A stretch of 63,610 nt of DNA, the filler included, from Octopus bimaculoides (taxonomy: Eukaryota), in NCBI RefSeq assembly GCF_001194135.2. It is 5 parts of 5 records of this genome, joined end to end, with 100 filler letters (N's around TTAATTAATTAA, not from the genome) between each part and the next. Parts side by side here need not be neighbours in the genome. Positions count along the whole stretch, not along the records: positions 1 to 13,410 come from NC_068983.1; 4 more parts are not named here. One strand, written 5' to 3'. Of the stretch, positions 1 to 11,997 are shown piece after piece. A program made the position numbers and the translations under genes. Positions within the stretch are counted from its first letter, which is position 1, and the number at the start of each line of letters is the position of its first letter. The notes under the pieces were generated by a model, which saw nothing but the letters and a program-made list of their open reading frames with translations, was not told the DNA's origin and ran no database searches.

Positions 1-394
1 AGGGGGAAGGTGTGTATGGGAGGTGGGAGAAAAAGAGGAAGAGAAAGAGAGTGAGAGAGAAGAGAGTGAGAGTGAGAGAGAGGGAAAGAGAGAAGAGAGT
101 GAGAGAGAGAGTAAGAGACAAGAGAGTGAGAGAGAGTGAGAGAAGAGAGTAAGAGAGAGTAAGGGTGAGAGAGTAAGAGTGAGAGAGGTGAGTGAGAGAG
201 AGTAAGAGAGAGGAAAGAAAGAGTAGGGGTGAAGACAAGTGGGAGTGAAGAGAAGTAGGAGTGAAGAGAGTAGGAATGCAGAGAAGTAGGAATGAAGAGA
301 GGTAGGAGTGAAGAGAAGTAGGAATGAAGAGAGGTGAAGAGACGTACAGAGAAGTAGGAGGGAGGTGGGGGAGGAGAGGGGAGAGATGGTTGGT
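1..394. repeat. Polypurine (AG-rich) low-complexity tract with degenerate GAAGAGAAGTAGGAGT-like units
   Basis: Almost purely A/G on the + strand; (GA)n/(GAGT)n grading into ~16-20 bp repeats at 240-360; ends at a gap. Confidence 0.9.
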
Positions 395-960
395 NNNNNN
401 NNNNNNNNNNNNNNNNNNNNNNNNNNNNNNNNNNNNNNNNNNNNNNNNNNNNNNNNNNNNNNNNNNNNNNNNNNNNNNNNNNNNNNNNNNNNNNNNNNNN
501 NNNNNNNNNNNNNNNNNNNNNNNNNNNNNNNNNNNNNNNNNNNNNNNNNNNNNNNNNNNNNNNNNNNNNNNNNNNNNNNNNNNNNNNNNNNNNNNNNNNN
601 NNNNNNNNNNNNNNNNNNNNNNNNNNNNNNNNNNNNNNNNNNNNNNNNNNNNNNNNNNNNNNNNNNNNNNNNNNNNNNNNNNNNNNNNNNNNNNNNNNNN
701 NNNNNNNNNNNNNNNNNNNNNNNNNNNNNNNNNNNNNNNNNNNNNNNNNNNNNNNNNNNNNNNNNNNNNNNNNNNNNNNNNNNNNNNNNNNNNNNNNNNN
801 NNNNNNNNNNNNNNNNNNNNNNNNNNNNNNNNNNNNNNNNNNNNNNNNNNNNNNNNNNNNNNNNNNNNNNNNNNNNNNNNNNNNNNNNNNNNNNNNNNNN
901 NNNNNNNNNNNNNNNNNNNNNNNNNNNNNNNNNNNNNNNNNNNNNNNNNNNNNNNNNNNN

Positions 961-1280
961 AGGGAGGCGGGAAACGGCAGGGCGGCTTCGGGGAGAGAGG
1001 GCAGATGCACGGTCCACAGAAAGTGCTCTGGCAAGGGCGGTGTGAATGGTGGTGGGTGGATATCCACGCAGGCTAAAGTGGCGAGCCATGAGCTGAGACT
1101 GAGTCTCAAAGTCATGGCTGTCACTATAAAGTCTGCTAGACGGAGGAATTGGGAATAGGGGATGGAAAGTTTTGTGAGTTTAGAGTGGGAGGAGGAGAAG
1201 TTGAGATAGGAGTGTGAGTCTGTGTGTTTGTAGTGGATGGAGGTGCTAAGGGCGGAGTGAAGGATGCTGACCGATATATT
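961..1280 (-). mobile_element. Penelope-like element fragment, RT C-terminus/thumb (frameshifted)
   Basis: Manual minus-strand translation: LSTSIHYKHTDSHSYLNFSSSHSKLTKLSIPYSQFLRL / RRLYSDSHDFETQSQLMARHFSLRGYPPTTIHTALARALSVDR; matches the PLE 'YxKPTDxHxYL..SxHP..IPYSQFLRLRR..RGYP' motif. Confidence 0.85.
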
Positions 1281-1321
1281 TATATGAAGAAGGGAAAGAA
1301 AAAAGGGAAATAGGAAAGCTT

Positions 1322-1386
1322 CTGACAATGCGTAAAGTTTCACAAAACCTTTATATTTCAGGCTCAAAGGACCATCCTCAGAAGAA
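1322..1386 (-). ncRNA. Decayed type I hammerhead ribozyme motif in the Penelope 3' region
   Basis: Minus strand: ttctt-CTGAGGA-tggtcctttgagcct-GAAA-t..TAAAGGTTT tgtg AAACTTTA..catt-GTC-agaag; core boxes in the right order, stems I and II imperfect. Confidence 0.55.
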
Positions 1387-1528
1387 AAACAGTGTGAGAA
1401 ATGCCTAGTTATACAGGTTCTGTTAACCTATTCAGATTCCTCAGATGTAGCAGTCACTCTCCAAATGTTGGTGCAGTCATCTCTCCAAGTGTTGGTGTAA
1501 ACAAACATCCAACTGTTGCTGTTTGCGA

Positions 1529-1787
1529 CTCACCATCTGTTGGTTGTTGCGACATATAATCACGTAGTGGTGGGGGTGGTGGCGTATATTATCGTGTTGG
1601 TTGCAGTTGCCGTGATGTTTTCTTTAGGAGCCATCGGCTCAACTCCGATCGGCTGCATGTTGCCAGCAACTCACCAACCGTTGGTTGTTGCGACATATAA
1701 TCACGTGGTGGTGGTGGTGGTGGCGTATATTATCGTGTTCGTCGCAGTTGCCGTGATGTTTTCTTTAGGAGCCATCGGCTCAACTGT
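1529..1787. repeat. 141-bp tandem duplication in the Penelope 3' UTR
   Basis: ctcacc...gttggttgttgcgacatataatcacgt...tttctttaggagccatcggctcaact starts at 1529 and again at 1670. Confidence 0.9.
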
Positions 1788-3305
1788 TAATTTTCGGGTT
1801 GAGGCGGTGGATCAGTAGAGCTTCTTTTATATGTAGATTACCAGTGTTCCTATCCGAGGCCAGTATGGAGTCGTCTACCTCCTTGGTGGTGTTGCCACAT
1901 CTGGTCAGAGGCTTACAGAAGGAAGACGCGTTGGTAATGAGATTCTCCTTAATTTGAACGTGGAGTGGTAGTACTGTGCTACCGATATAATAGTTGCTGC
2001 ATATGGAGCATTGTATCTGGTATACTACACACGTAGGTAGACACATTTTAGTTTCACGAATGGGGTAATATGTTAGTGTGCAGGGCTGTTGCGCTGCACG
2101 TGACCACCTCGTTGATAGGTGTTTACGTAGGGACGGCACTGAATGGGCCATTAAAATGTCGAGTTCTTCCCTGCAGATAATCTTGTAAATTGCGGAGGTG
2201 ATCTCATTGAAGTGGGAAATCTTCAAGAATCAGGTGTTAGAGAGATCTCTCATGCGACGTTTAACTGGCCTGCGTTTTCGTACGGAGTTAGTAACGGACG
2301 TTGGATATCCGTTGGCCTCAAGTACCTTTAGGAATTGAGTAATATGTGCGTCCCGGCTGGTGTTATCACTGCATCTTTTGTGCATCTGGGCGNNNNNNNN
2401 NNNNNNNNNNNNNNNNNNNNNNNNNNNNNNNNNNNNNNNNNNNNNNNNNNNNNNNNNNNNNNNNNNNNNNNNNNNNNNNNNNNNNNNNNNNNNNNNNNNN
2501 NNNNNNNNNNNNNNNNNNNNNNNNNNNNNNNNNNNNNNNNNNNNNNNNNNNNNNNNNNNNNNNNNNNNNNNNNNNNNNNNNNNNNNNNNNNNNNNNNNNN
2601 NNNNNNNNNNNNNNNNNNNNNNNNNNNNNATCTTTTGTGCATCTGGGCGATCTCGTTACGTACGTAGCTCATCTTAGCCTTGATAGGAAGGACCGACTTA
2701 TAGAGGATGAAGAGATCCCTGTAAGCTGATTTTCTGTAGAACACCGTGTCAAATTTTCCCTCATCTGTGATGTTTAGCCGGGAGTCAAGCAAGGGTGTTC
2801 AGTGGTGAAGCTAATATGTTGGTTCATCTTGTTGAAATTCTCTAGTATAGTGGAAACGTCCTCGTGGGATTGAGCAAGCATGAGAATATCATCCACACAC
2901 ATGGCGAAAAAGGCATATGAGTGGCGGGTACTGTGTACCCTACGCTCCAGCTGGTCTAAGTAGGCAATAGAGAGCAAGTCTGAGAGGCTGGACCCCATAG
3001 GCAGGCCTGACCACCGTTTATACATGTTGTCAAAGAAATCGAAGTGTGTTTTTGTGACTAAAACTAATAGTAGCTGATAGATGCCGGAGAAGGTGAGCTT
3101 CTTACACAAACAGTTGGATGTTTGTTTGCACCAACGCTTGGAGAGTTGATTGTACCAACATTTAGAGAGTGACTGCTACTGCTAACTTTTGCGTGAACTT
3201 TCATTGAAAGCAAAGTTGGTACAGAAACTGCAGTAATTATTAAAGATGTATTAAAATCTTTCTTTGTCCTTATATTCAGATTACACACACACACACACAC
3301 ACACG

Positions 3306-3350
<45 letters not shown>

Positions 3351-4787
3351 NNNNNNNNNNNNNNNNNNNNNNNNNNNNNNNNNNNNNNNNNNNNNNNNNN
3401 NNNNNNNNNNNNNNNNNNNNNNNNNNNNNNNNNNNNNNNNNNNNNNNNNNNNNNNNNNNNNNNNNNNNNNNNNNNNNNNNNNNNNNNNNNNNNNNNNNNN
3501 NNNNNNNNNNNNNNNNNNNNNNNNNNNNNNNNNNNNNNNNNNNNNNNNNNNNNNNNNNNNNNNNNNNNNNNNNNNNNNNNNNNNNNNNNNNNNNNNNNNN
3601 NNNNNNNNNNNNNNNNNNNNNNNNNNNNNNNNNNNNNNNNNNNNNNNNNNNNNNNNNNNNNNNNNNNNNNNNNNNNNNNNNNNNNNNNNNNNNNNNNNNN
3701 NNNNNNNNNNNNNNNNNNNNNNNNNNNNNNNNNNNNNNNNNNNNNNNNNNNNNNNNNNNNNNNNNNNNNNNNNNNNNNNNNNNNNNNNNNNNNNNNNNNN
3801 NNNNNNNNNNNNNNNNNNNNNNNNNNNNNNNNNNNNNNNNNNNNNNNNNNNNNNNNNNNNNNNNNNNNNNNNNNNNNNNNNNNNNNNNNNNNNNNNNNNN
3901 NNNNNNNNNNNNNNNNNNNNNNNNNNNNNNNNNNNNNNNNNNNNNNNNNNNNNNNNNNNNNNNNNNNNNNNNNNNNNNNNNNNNNNNNNNNNNNNNNNNN
4001 NNNNNNNNNNNNNNNNNNNNNNNNNNNNNNNNNNNNNNNNNNNNNNNNNNNNNNNNNNNNNNNNNNNNNNNNNNNNNNNNNNNNNNNNNNNNNNNNNNNN
4101 NNNNNNNNNNNNNNNNNNNNNNNNNNNNNNNNNNNNNNNNNNNNNNNNNNNNNNNNNNNNNNNNNNNNNNNNNNNNNNNNNNNNNNNNNNNNNNNNNNNN
4201 NNNNNNNNNNNNNNNNNNNNNNNNNNNNNNNNNNNNNNNNNNNATATATATATATATATATATATACATATGTGTGTGTATGTGTGTATACATACATATA
4301 CATACATATATATATATATATACACACATACAAAAATGCATATTTATGTACACATGAAGAATCGATAGCGCATATTGCTGTAAATAAGCATACACATGAA
4401 CAGACAGACACATGTAAAAACATGCAAAGAAAAATTTTGAACAATATACAAACGGACAACATTGGTTACATGTTACTCAATACTGGAAGTAGAGTAATCC
4501 TGAAACGAATAATGCATAAATCTAAATATATGCATGACTACTGCATAACTACAGAAACTCTACTATTTCTGTGAATTGAAAAGATGAAATTGCAGCTAAA
4601 ATAGTTTTCGTGAATTTACTCAGTGTCTTCCGACTCACTCACACACTCACTGACTCACTCACACACTCACTGACTCACTCACTGACTCACTCACACACAG
4701 TATAATTACAATAAGCATTGAAATGGATAATATAGGAAGATCAAAGCGTGACAAATAAGGTTTAAAGCAGAGAGAGAGAGAGAGAGG

Positions 4788-4837
<50 letters not shown>

Positions 4838-4842
4838 GAGTG

Positions 4843-4895
4843 CCTTAACGTTTCGGACATGTTGATATATATTCCCTCCTCGGACGGGATGAAGG
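4843..4895 (-). ncRNA. Degenerate hammerhead-like motif (isolated PLE-type remnant)
   Basis: Minus: CCGAGGA-ggga...tcc-GAAA-CGTT-aagg; the core has a T>C change and stem I is interrupted. Confidence 0.35.
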
Positions 4896-6498
4896 TCCGT
4901 CGCAGGGTTATTCATTTTAATAATAGCTGAGTGGAGTGGAATAGCGTTAAATGACACTGCACACTTTCTCAAAATGTCACAGAATGTTCAATAATAATAT
5001 GATATCAGCTTTACTGTATGTCACTTTGTGGTGTACTTGTTGAATAGTTACGGTAAAGGTACAACATACTTTCCGCTATACCTAAATTCACTCAGTAATT
5101 CTAATTCATGTAATTTAAAAGGTAGATATCAGACAAGATCTATACTTTATTGTGCAAAAGTTTCACCAGACAATTTACAAAATATCAAAGAGTACATTAG
5201 TTTAACTGCTAGCCTATTTAAACTTTGGTACAGACATACAAACATTTAGAAACGCATAGACACAAAAAACATTTAGAAACATAGTTAGACGTGCAGATTA
5301 TTTTGCCAAAATATATTAGGCGCATGAAATATAGAAATATCAATTTCAATATCACATGATAGATTTTGAATCATACTAAACAATATAATCAGTTCTGAAG
5401 CTGTTTTGGTTTATGTGTCTCTGAGAAATAAAACATCTCGTGCCATAAAAGGAGTGTTCTGTACAGAATTTCCAAGCTTTTGTCTTTTTGCAGACATAGA
5501 CATTAGTTTCCACTGAAGAACGATGAATAATTACAGTAATAATACATGTTATCTGAGTAAATACAACAAAGTTGTTGCTTTTGTTCTACCCATCTCTATG
5601 TACATTCAGCGCGAATAAATTTTCATATACTTTCATAATATTCTATAACAAACTTAAACTAGCAACTGTATTGTCTTATATAATCTTTTTATTTCCTCCA
5701 AATCATATTTCATATTATTTTATTATCTACCTCCTCTCCTTTTCTCTTTCACTTACTGTCGCTATTTCATAAACAAACCAATTAAAATAACTTACTATAC
5801 GGTAAAGCTTTCCTTTTAATCTCGCCTGTTCTGCAGGGCTGTATTAGCAACATTATAGGCCCCGAATAAAACAATGCAGTAGATTCTGTAGATTATTGAC
5901 AGCAAGTCACAGAATACATAACTTAGAATAGGACCTCTTGACCTGGTAGATCCCGGACAACTGCTGTTCTATCCTCATCTTTCAATTTCAAAGTCTAAAG
6001 ATTTTTAGCTCTAAAATTTCTTAAAATTATTGTCCCTTCTTTCCTTTAAGAGAGCTAATTCTACACTCTATCATTCAACTCGTTCTCATTAATTAAAATT
6101 AATGTACTTTCTTTTTTGTTACTGTTTTTCTGCGTGTTTAATTTTTGTTTTTCTTTTCATCTCTTACACTTCTGCTTTCAACAACTTCTCTAACATTTCT
6201 TTTTACAAAGTTTATAAATTCCAATTCTCCCAAAGCAAATTAAACATTTACTTTCAAATATTTTGTAATTTTCCAAGTGAAATTAAATCATGTGTATACT
6301 AAATTATATGTATATAAACGTATGTTTTATGTTAATCGCTACTTCCAGTCAAATCAAAAAGCTAAACTCGAAGTCACGTTTGGAAAGTTTCCGCTTCTAT
6401 TAACTTTAATATTACCCTACATTCCGTATTGATGATATATTTCTCGTGTGCGCTTGTGTTAACGCGCATATATACAATATATATATGTGTGTGTGTGT

Positions 6499-6530
<32 letters not shown>

Positions 6531-6655
6531 CTATCTATCTATCTATCTATCTATTTATCTATCTATCTATCTTACACATGTATATGTGGATGTTGTGGAT
6601 GTTGATGTGCGTGAATGGTTGCGTAATATATACGCAACAACATACAATGGCTATA

Positions 6656-7038
6656 GGGAAGCGCAATGGCCCAGTGGTTAGGGCAGCGGACTCGCGGTCA
6701 TAGGATCGCGGTTTCGATTCCCAGACCGGGCGTTGTGAGTGTTTATTGAGCGAAAACACCTAAAGCTCCACCAGGCTCCGGCAGGGGATGGTGGCGAACC
6801 CTGCTGTACTCTTCCACCACAACTTTCTCTCACTCTAATTTCCTGTTTCTGTTGTACCTGTAATTCAAAGGGTCAGCCTTGTCACTCTGTGTCACGCTGA
6901 ATATCCCCGAGAACTACATTAAGGGTACACGTGTCTGTGGAGTGCTCAGCCACTTGCACGTTAATTTCACGAGCAGGCTGTTCCGTTGATCGGATCAACT
7001 GGAACCCTCGACGTCGTAAGCGACGGAATGCTAACAAT
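6656..7038 (+). mobile_element. Full-length tRNA-derived SINE (tRNA-Arg-like head; resembles described octopus SINEs) with 10-bp TSD
   Basis: A box TGGCCCAGTGG, B box GGTTTCGATTCC, ~300-bp body; AATGGCTATA at 6646-6655 and 7039-7048. Confidence 0.9.
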
Positions 7039-8243
7039 AATGGCTATAAATTAGTTACAATGTATCAGAATTTTATACTGTTGAGACATACGTTTAGCTG
7101 TCGTATAATAACAAAATCACTCTGAAACTACAAAAAACATTCTCAAAAAAAAAAAAATCCTAAAAAACAGCAAACTATGGAAAAATGTATTCTTCATATA
7201 TAAAATACGGATAGCCACGTCTAGCATGCCTTTGACTACACGTTTAATTGATCAGGAATTTACTGTAGCTAGTCGATAGCAATCAATATCAACCACAACC
7301 ATAACTTTTATTTTATTGAGCATAATTACATAATGTCATAGCTACTTGATTGGAAACAGCAGGACTTAGTGTCAAATATTTCAATACTGGATTAAAAGGG
7401 CCAAATAATAGAAATGATATTGAAATACTAGCTGATTAATTTCAAATCTATATCAGTTGTAAGCATTTTATTGCATCCTTTTGGAAAATACTCGAAAATT
7501 TTATATTGTCCTAGTCAAGACAAATGTGAGAAATAAAACCAAATATACTTGAAATAGACTGCTGCCCTATACTCACAATGCTTTATCCTTTTTCTTAACA
7601 GAATTAGGACCAAGAGCACATCTATATGACCACTTTGGAGTTTTGGTAACGTGTTTAAATAATAATTTAATATTTACGCGATATAATATCACTGTCTGGA
7701 CTTCCCTACTTTTGGCCGGGAAAGACGGGCGAAAGAAGTTGTGTGCTGGACAAGATTGTGGAAGGACTGAAGATAGACACTGTCCTCTTTGGTCAAGCCT
7801 TTTGTGAAGGAATGTGAGGGTTGAGAGGGAGATACTACCCTCAGTAAATATGCTGAAAGATGGGTGAATGTGACGAGGAAAGACCGAATGTGTCTGTCTA
7901 CTCTAAGCTGGCCCTTGTTGGATGGATAGAACAAACGGAAGAGGAGCATTTCCTAGTGGTGCTCTTGGAGATTAGGGTGAACAAGGATCTGCGATGCTTC
8001 CTTTGTTACCTGTGAATGATTCACTCTCCTTTTAGGGAATTTTGTTGTTATAGTTATCTCGGTAGCTGTTATGGATATATATTGTTATCGTGTTTATGTA
8101 ATTTCCTGCCTTTGTATTGTTCTAAATGTTTTTAGTAGTCCACCCGACCAATGAAGAGATTATGATGATAATAATTAATAATGATAATAATAATAATAAT
8201 TAATAATGATAATAATAATAATAATTAATAATGATAATAATAA

Positions 8244-8414
8244 CTGGCAGAATCGTTAGGAGACGGGGCTAAATGCTTAGTGCTGTCCACCCTTCTCTGT
8301 GTTTTGAGTTCAAATTCCGCCGAGTTCGACTTTATACCAGTTGCGCACTGGAGTCGATGTGATCGACTTACTCCCTCTTAGGAAATTTTAGGCCCTGTGC
8401 CTATAACAAAAAGG

Positions 8415-8420
<6 letters not shown>
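8244..8420 (+). mobile_element. tRNA-derived SINE, Meta/MESC-core type (internally deleted copy)
   Basis: tggcagaatcgttag...gagttcaaattccgccgag.tcgacttt...ccagttgcgcactgg.gtcgatgtgatcgactta; (ATT)n tail. Confidence 0.8.
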
Positions 8421-8452
<32 letters not shown>

Positions 8453-8467
8453 TATTATTGTAATTTA

Positions 8468-8665
8468 TGGTGGCGAGCTGCAAGAATCGTTAGCACGCCG
8501 GGCAAAATCCTCAGTGGCATTTCGTCCATTTGTACCTTCTGAGTTTAAATTCCGCCGAGGTCGACTTTGCCTTTCATCCTTTTGGGGTCGGTGAAATAAG
8601 TACCAGTTGAGCACTAAGATCGATGTAGCCACAAATTTCTGGCTTTGTGCCTATACTAGAAAGTG
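8468..8665 (+). mobile_element. tRNA-derived SINE, Meta/MESC-core type
   Basis: Core gaggtcgactttgcctttcatccttttggggtcggtgaaataagtaccag follows a tRNA-like head. Confidence 0.85.
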
Positions 8666-10117
8666 CTGTTGTTGTTGTTGCTTTTGTTTTTGTTATTGTA
8701 GTTGTTCTTCTTCTTCCCTTCCTCCTCNNNNNNNNNNNNNNNNNNNNNNNNNNNNNNNNNNNNNNNNNNNNNNNNNNNNNNNNNNNNNNNNNNNNNNNNN
8801 NNNNNNNNNNNNNNNNNNNNNNNNNNNNNNNNNNNNNNNNNNNNNNNNNNNNNNCACCACCACCACCACCGGTGGTAGTGTCGGTATTGCCTTAAGACTT
8901 CTATTCATGTATGAACTAAGGTTCTAACAGTCAGTTTTCTTTCCTTGTTGCAATCAATTGCAACATCTTTACTGTTATTCCGAGAAAAAAATAGCCACAT
9001 ATAATAGTACAAAATGTATTTGCTTACCTACATTACTATCATTTAACAATGCAAAATATCATCCGGTATTTCTACACCACCTTATCTCTTCTCGTAATAA
9101 AGTTAACGGGAAGAGAAAAAAAAAAACAAACAAAACACAATATTATTGTAGCTCTGCTTCACTCAAATGATTAATGTATTTGTTTCTCATTGGAAGAATT
9201 ACATTTTCTTTCGAATGATGGTGCCGTCTGCATTGTATCAAGGTTTATAGATTTGCTTTGACAACCAGTTGAGATAATGTTTGCATTATTATCAAGTTAT
9301 TTCAACAGTCTTCTGGAGCTTTCTTTAGCCTATATTTGAAATTCCATCTTTCATAGAGTAGCAACTAAGTAGGCAGCTATCACTTGAAGTACGTGCATAA
9401 GTATATATATATATATTTACTAATCTTACGTATGTATATATGTATGTATGCATGCATGTGTGTACACTATCTTCTCTCTCTGCTCTGCATGTATATGTGT
9501 GTGTGTGTTTTATTATAGATATATAAATACACACACTCATGCGCGTGTGAATGTGTGTGAGTGTGTGTGTGTGTGTGTAACTACCATAAACGACTGTTTG
9601 TCTTGTCTTGGAAATAGCACGACTTCAATATAGATGGCTGCTAAGCAATCGGGCCTACGTCACTGGTAGTTAGATGGCATTGTAGATACAAAATATTGGG
9701 TTTTGGAATTGGTATTTGAAAACTTGATTCTACTTTTCGTTTCTGTAGCTTTATCAGTGAAAGAGAAAACATTTCTCTCTGAAAGAAATTACAGTGAAAG
9801 TACGAACACTTAACATATGAATTAAAAAAAAAAAGTAAAACATTTTATTGTAATCGAATGATTGACAGACTGAATACAAGTATGTATGCATGTATGAATG
9901 TGTGTGTGTGTGTGTGTGTGTGTGATTATTCAGTTTTATTTCAAGATTTCTTGCCGATAGAGAAAGAACCGGTTTCTAACCTAGACCCAAGCGTCCTTCA
10001 TTGGAATTTTAACATAAACAAGGTATTTTTGTATGTATGTGTGTGTATGTGTGAATATGTGGAATACTTGGAGTCAGAGCATATGCAAAATTGTATGTTT
10101 TGTTTTATGTATGTATG

Positions 10118-10148
<31 letters not shown>

Positions 10149-10506
10149 CAAGAAAAGAGAGAGAGAAAGATAGAAATAGTGATAAATAAATAGATAGATA
10201 GATAAATATATAGAGAGAGAGGATGGGTGATGAGAGGGAAAGAGAGAAAGAAGGTAGAAGTTATGACAAAAAATGTGGACTTGATCAAAGTAATACATTT
10301 TTAGTAAAAATAAAATACAAAAATCAAATTTCATACACTTAACAAGAAAACACCATCACTCCCACTCCACACTAAAGAGCCCTCACACTTCATCCAAGTA
10401 CTAGCCTTCGCTATTTCAGAGAACCTATCTTAGTAAAAGCACGTCATTAGCAAAGCTGGGACGGCGTCCAAAATACTGGTCCTTGCGTTCAGGGCCAGAA
10501 AATATT

Positions 10507-10720
10507 CTTTTCTACTTTAGGTACAAGCTCCGAAATTTTTGGGGAGGGGGCCAGTCGATTAGATTTATCCCAGTATACAACTGGTACTTAATTTATCGAC
10601 CCCGAAAGGATGAAAGGCAAAGTCGACCTCGGCGGAATTTGAACTCAGAACGTAAAGACAGACGAAATATCGCTAAGCATTTCGCCCGGTGTGCTAACGT
10701 TTCTGCCAGCTTGCCACCTT
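10507..10720 (-). mobile_element. Full-length Meta/MESC-core SINE with 16-bp TSD
   Basis: Same family as 8468-8665; AGGGCCAGAAAATATT at 10491-10506 and 10721-10736. Confidence 0.92.
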
Positions 10721-10919
10721 AGGGCCAGAAAATATTTCAAACTCCGACAGCCTGCTGATATTCTGCAAAACTCAAGTGAAGCCGGCAATGGAACATTGCA
10801 GCCACATCTGAGACGGTGCTGCTGCAATATACTCAGAGATATGGTTTTGCATCCAGGGAAGAGCCATCAACTAATCGGCATTTCACTAACGAAACTCTTC
10901 TACATCTGAGCCACGAGTA

Positions 10920-11148
10920 CTCCATTTTTAAGCCTGGTACTTATTCTTTCAGTCGTGCAGTGGGGGCGGGGGACAGACAGACACACACGTACACACACGC
11001 AAGCACGCGCGCGCGCGACTGGCTTCTTTCAGTTTTCGTCTATCAAATCCAGTCAAAAGGCTTTGTAGAAGACATTTTCCTAAGGTGTCGCACAGTGGAA
11101 CTGAACCCCGAACCATGTGGTTGGGAAGCAAACTTTCTAAACACACAG
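10920..11148 (-). mobile_element. Composite tRNA/CORE-like SINE with internal (GT)n, shortened copy
   Basis: tRNA head (gtggttgggaagc...ccacacag, reverse strand), gtagaagac..CORE-like segment, internal CA run, gcctggtacttattct segment. Confidence 0.7.
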
Positions 11149-11321
11149 CTAGGCCTGCGCCTAGTCCTTCATGTCACGCTTTGCCTTCATTTGTTTGACT
11201 TACAAATATTTAACTAGAACATTAACATCAGATTCACAAGTCTCGAAGAACAAGCAAATATTATGGTCACAGCCCTTTCCTCCAAAGCAGCAAAGAAAAA
11301 GATTACTGATATCATATAAAA

Positions 11322-11660
11322 CAGGGGTTTTCAACCATTTAAAAAAATCTATGGACCCCTTTGATTGCTATTTTATTCTGGCGGACTACCATAGCCATTC
11401 AATGTTTTAAGAAGTATGGATACTGCTTTAAAAATTCCTTTTCTGTTTTTAGCAAATGAACTTGTTTATGTTGAACTATGTTAAACGTTCGAGAAAGAAA
11501 CCGAGTTGTTTCTTGCAATATATATCAATACACACATTTAAAGCAAAAATTTTTCAGGGGCCTGTTGTGGATCCTCAATTTGCTATTATGTTTTGTGAAC
11601 CCCCACCAAAATCTTATATAGATCCTAAGGAGCAATATAGACCCCGGTTGAGAAACACTG
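11322..11660. mobile_element. Non-autonomous hAT (Charlie-like) MITE
   Basis: TIRs CAGGGGTTTTCAACC / GGTTGAGAAACACTG; 8-bp TSD ATATAAAA / ATTTAAAA (7/8). Confidence 0.85.
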
Positions 11661-11961
11661 ATTTAAAAGGTCGAGAAGAAAACTGACGTATACTGGAAGT
11701 CATGGAGTCGTGTAAGGACTTTGTGTATTTACGGCGGTAAAGAGGCAGAAAAGATGAAGTGACTAGACAGCAGAAGCGATAAACTCTCGAGAACGAATGC
11801 TGTATTTGGAAGAGCGCTTATACCTGGATTGATATGACTGGTTATTTGTGAATATAATGCCATTAGTAATTAGTTGTGATGGCCGTTACCAGAAGATGCG
11901 ATGGACAAGCAGCAGTAGTAGTAGCACCACCAACACCCTCACCCTCTCACCATCAACGAGA

Positions 11962-11997
<36 letters not shown>

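Larger units (their letters stand above)
1321..3240 (-). mobile_element. 5'-truncated Penelope-like retroelement: RT (2774-3109), thumb (2630-2792), GIY-YIG endonuclease (1780-2226), 3' pLTR region, inverted partial pLTR at the 5' end
   Basis: RT motifs GLPMGSSLS...CVDDIL...FNKMNQHISFTTE; FYRKSAYRDLFILYKS; GIY-YIG VVYQIQCSICSNYYIGST...KEALLIHRLNPKINS; 1447-1517 is inverted at 3109-3179 (65/71 identical). Confidence 0.93.

Noticed and set aside
6656-6735. Possible tRNA-Arg gene
   Set aside because: No proper acceptor stem or T-run terminator; it continues into a SINE body bounded by a TSD.
7689-7949. 86-aa minus-strand ORF in a GC-richer patch
   Set aside because: No recognisable motif or splice signals; probably an old retroelement fragment that I cannot classify.
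9946-10022. Exon-like segment DFLPIEKEPVSNLDPSVLHWNFNINK (aag|...|gtattt)
   Set aside because: Weak donor, no recognisable domain and no partner exons; such segments are expected by chance.
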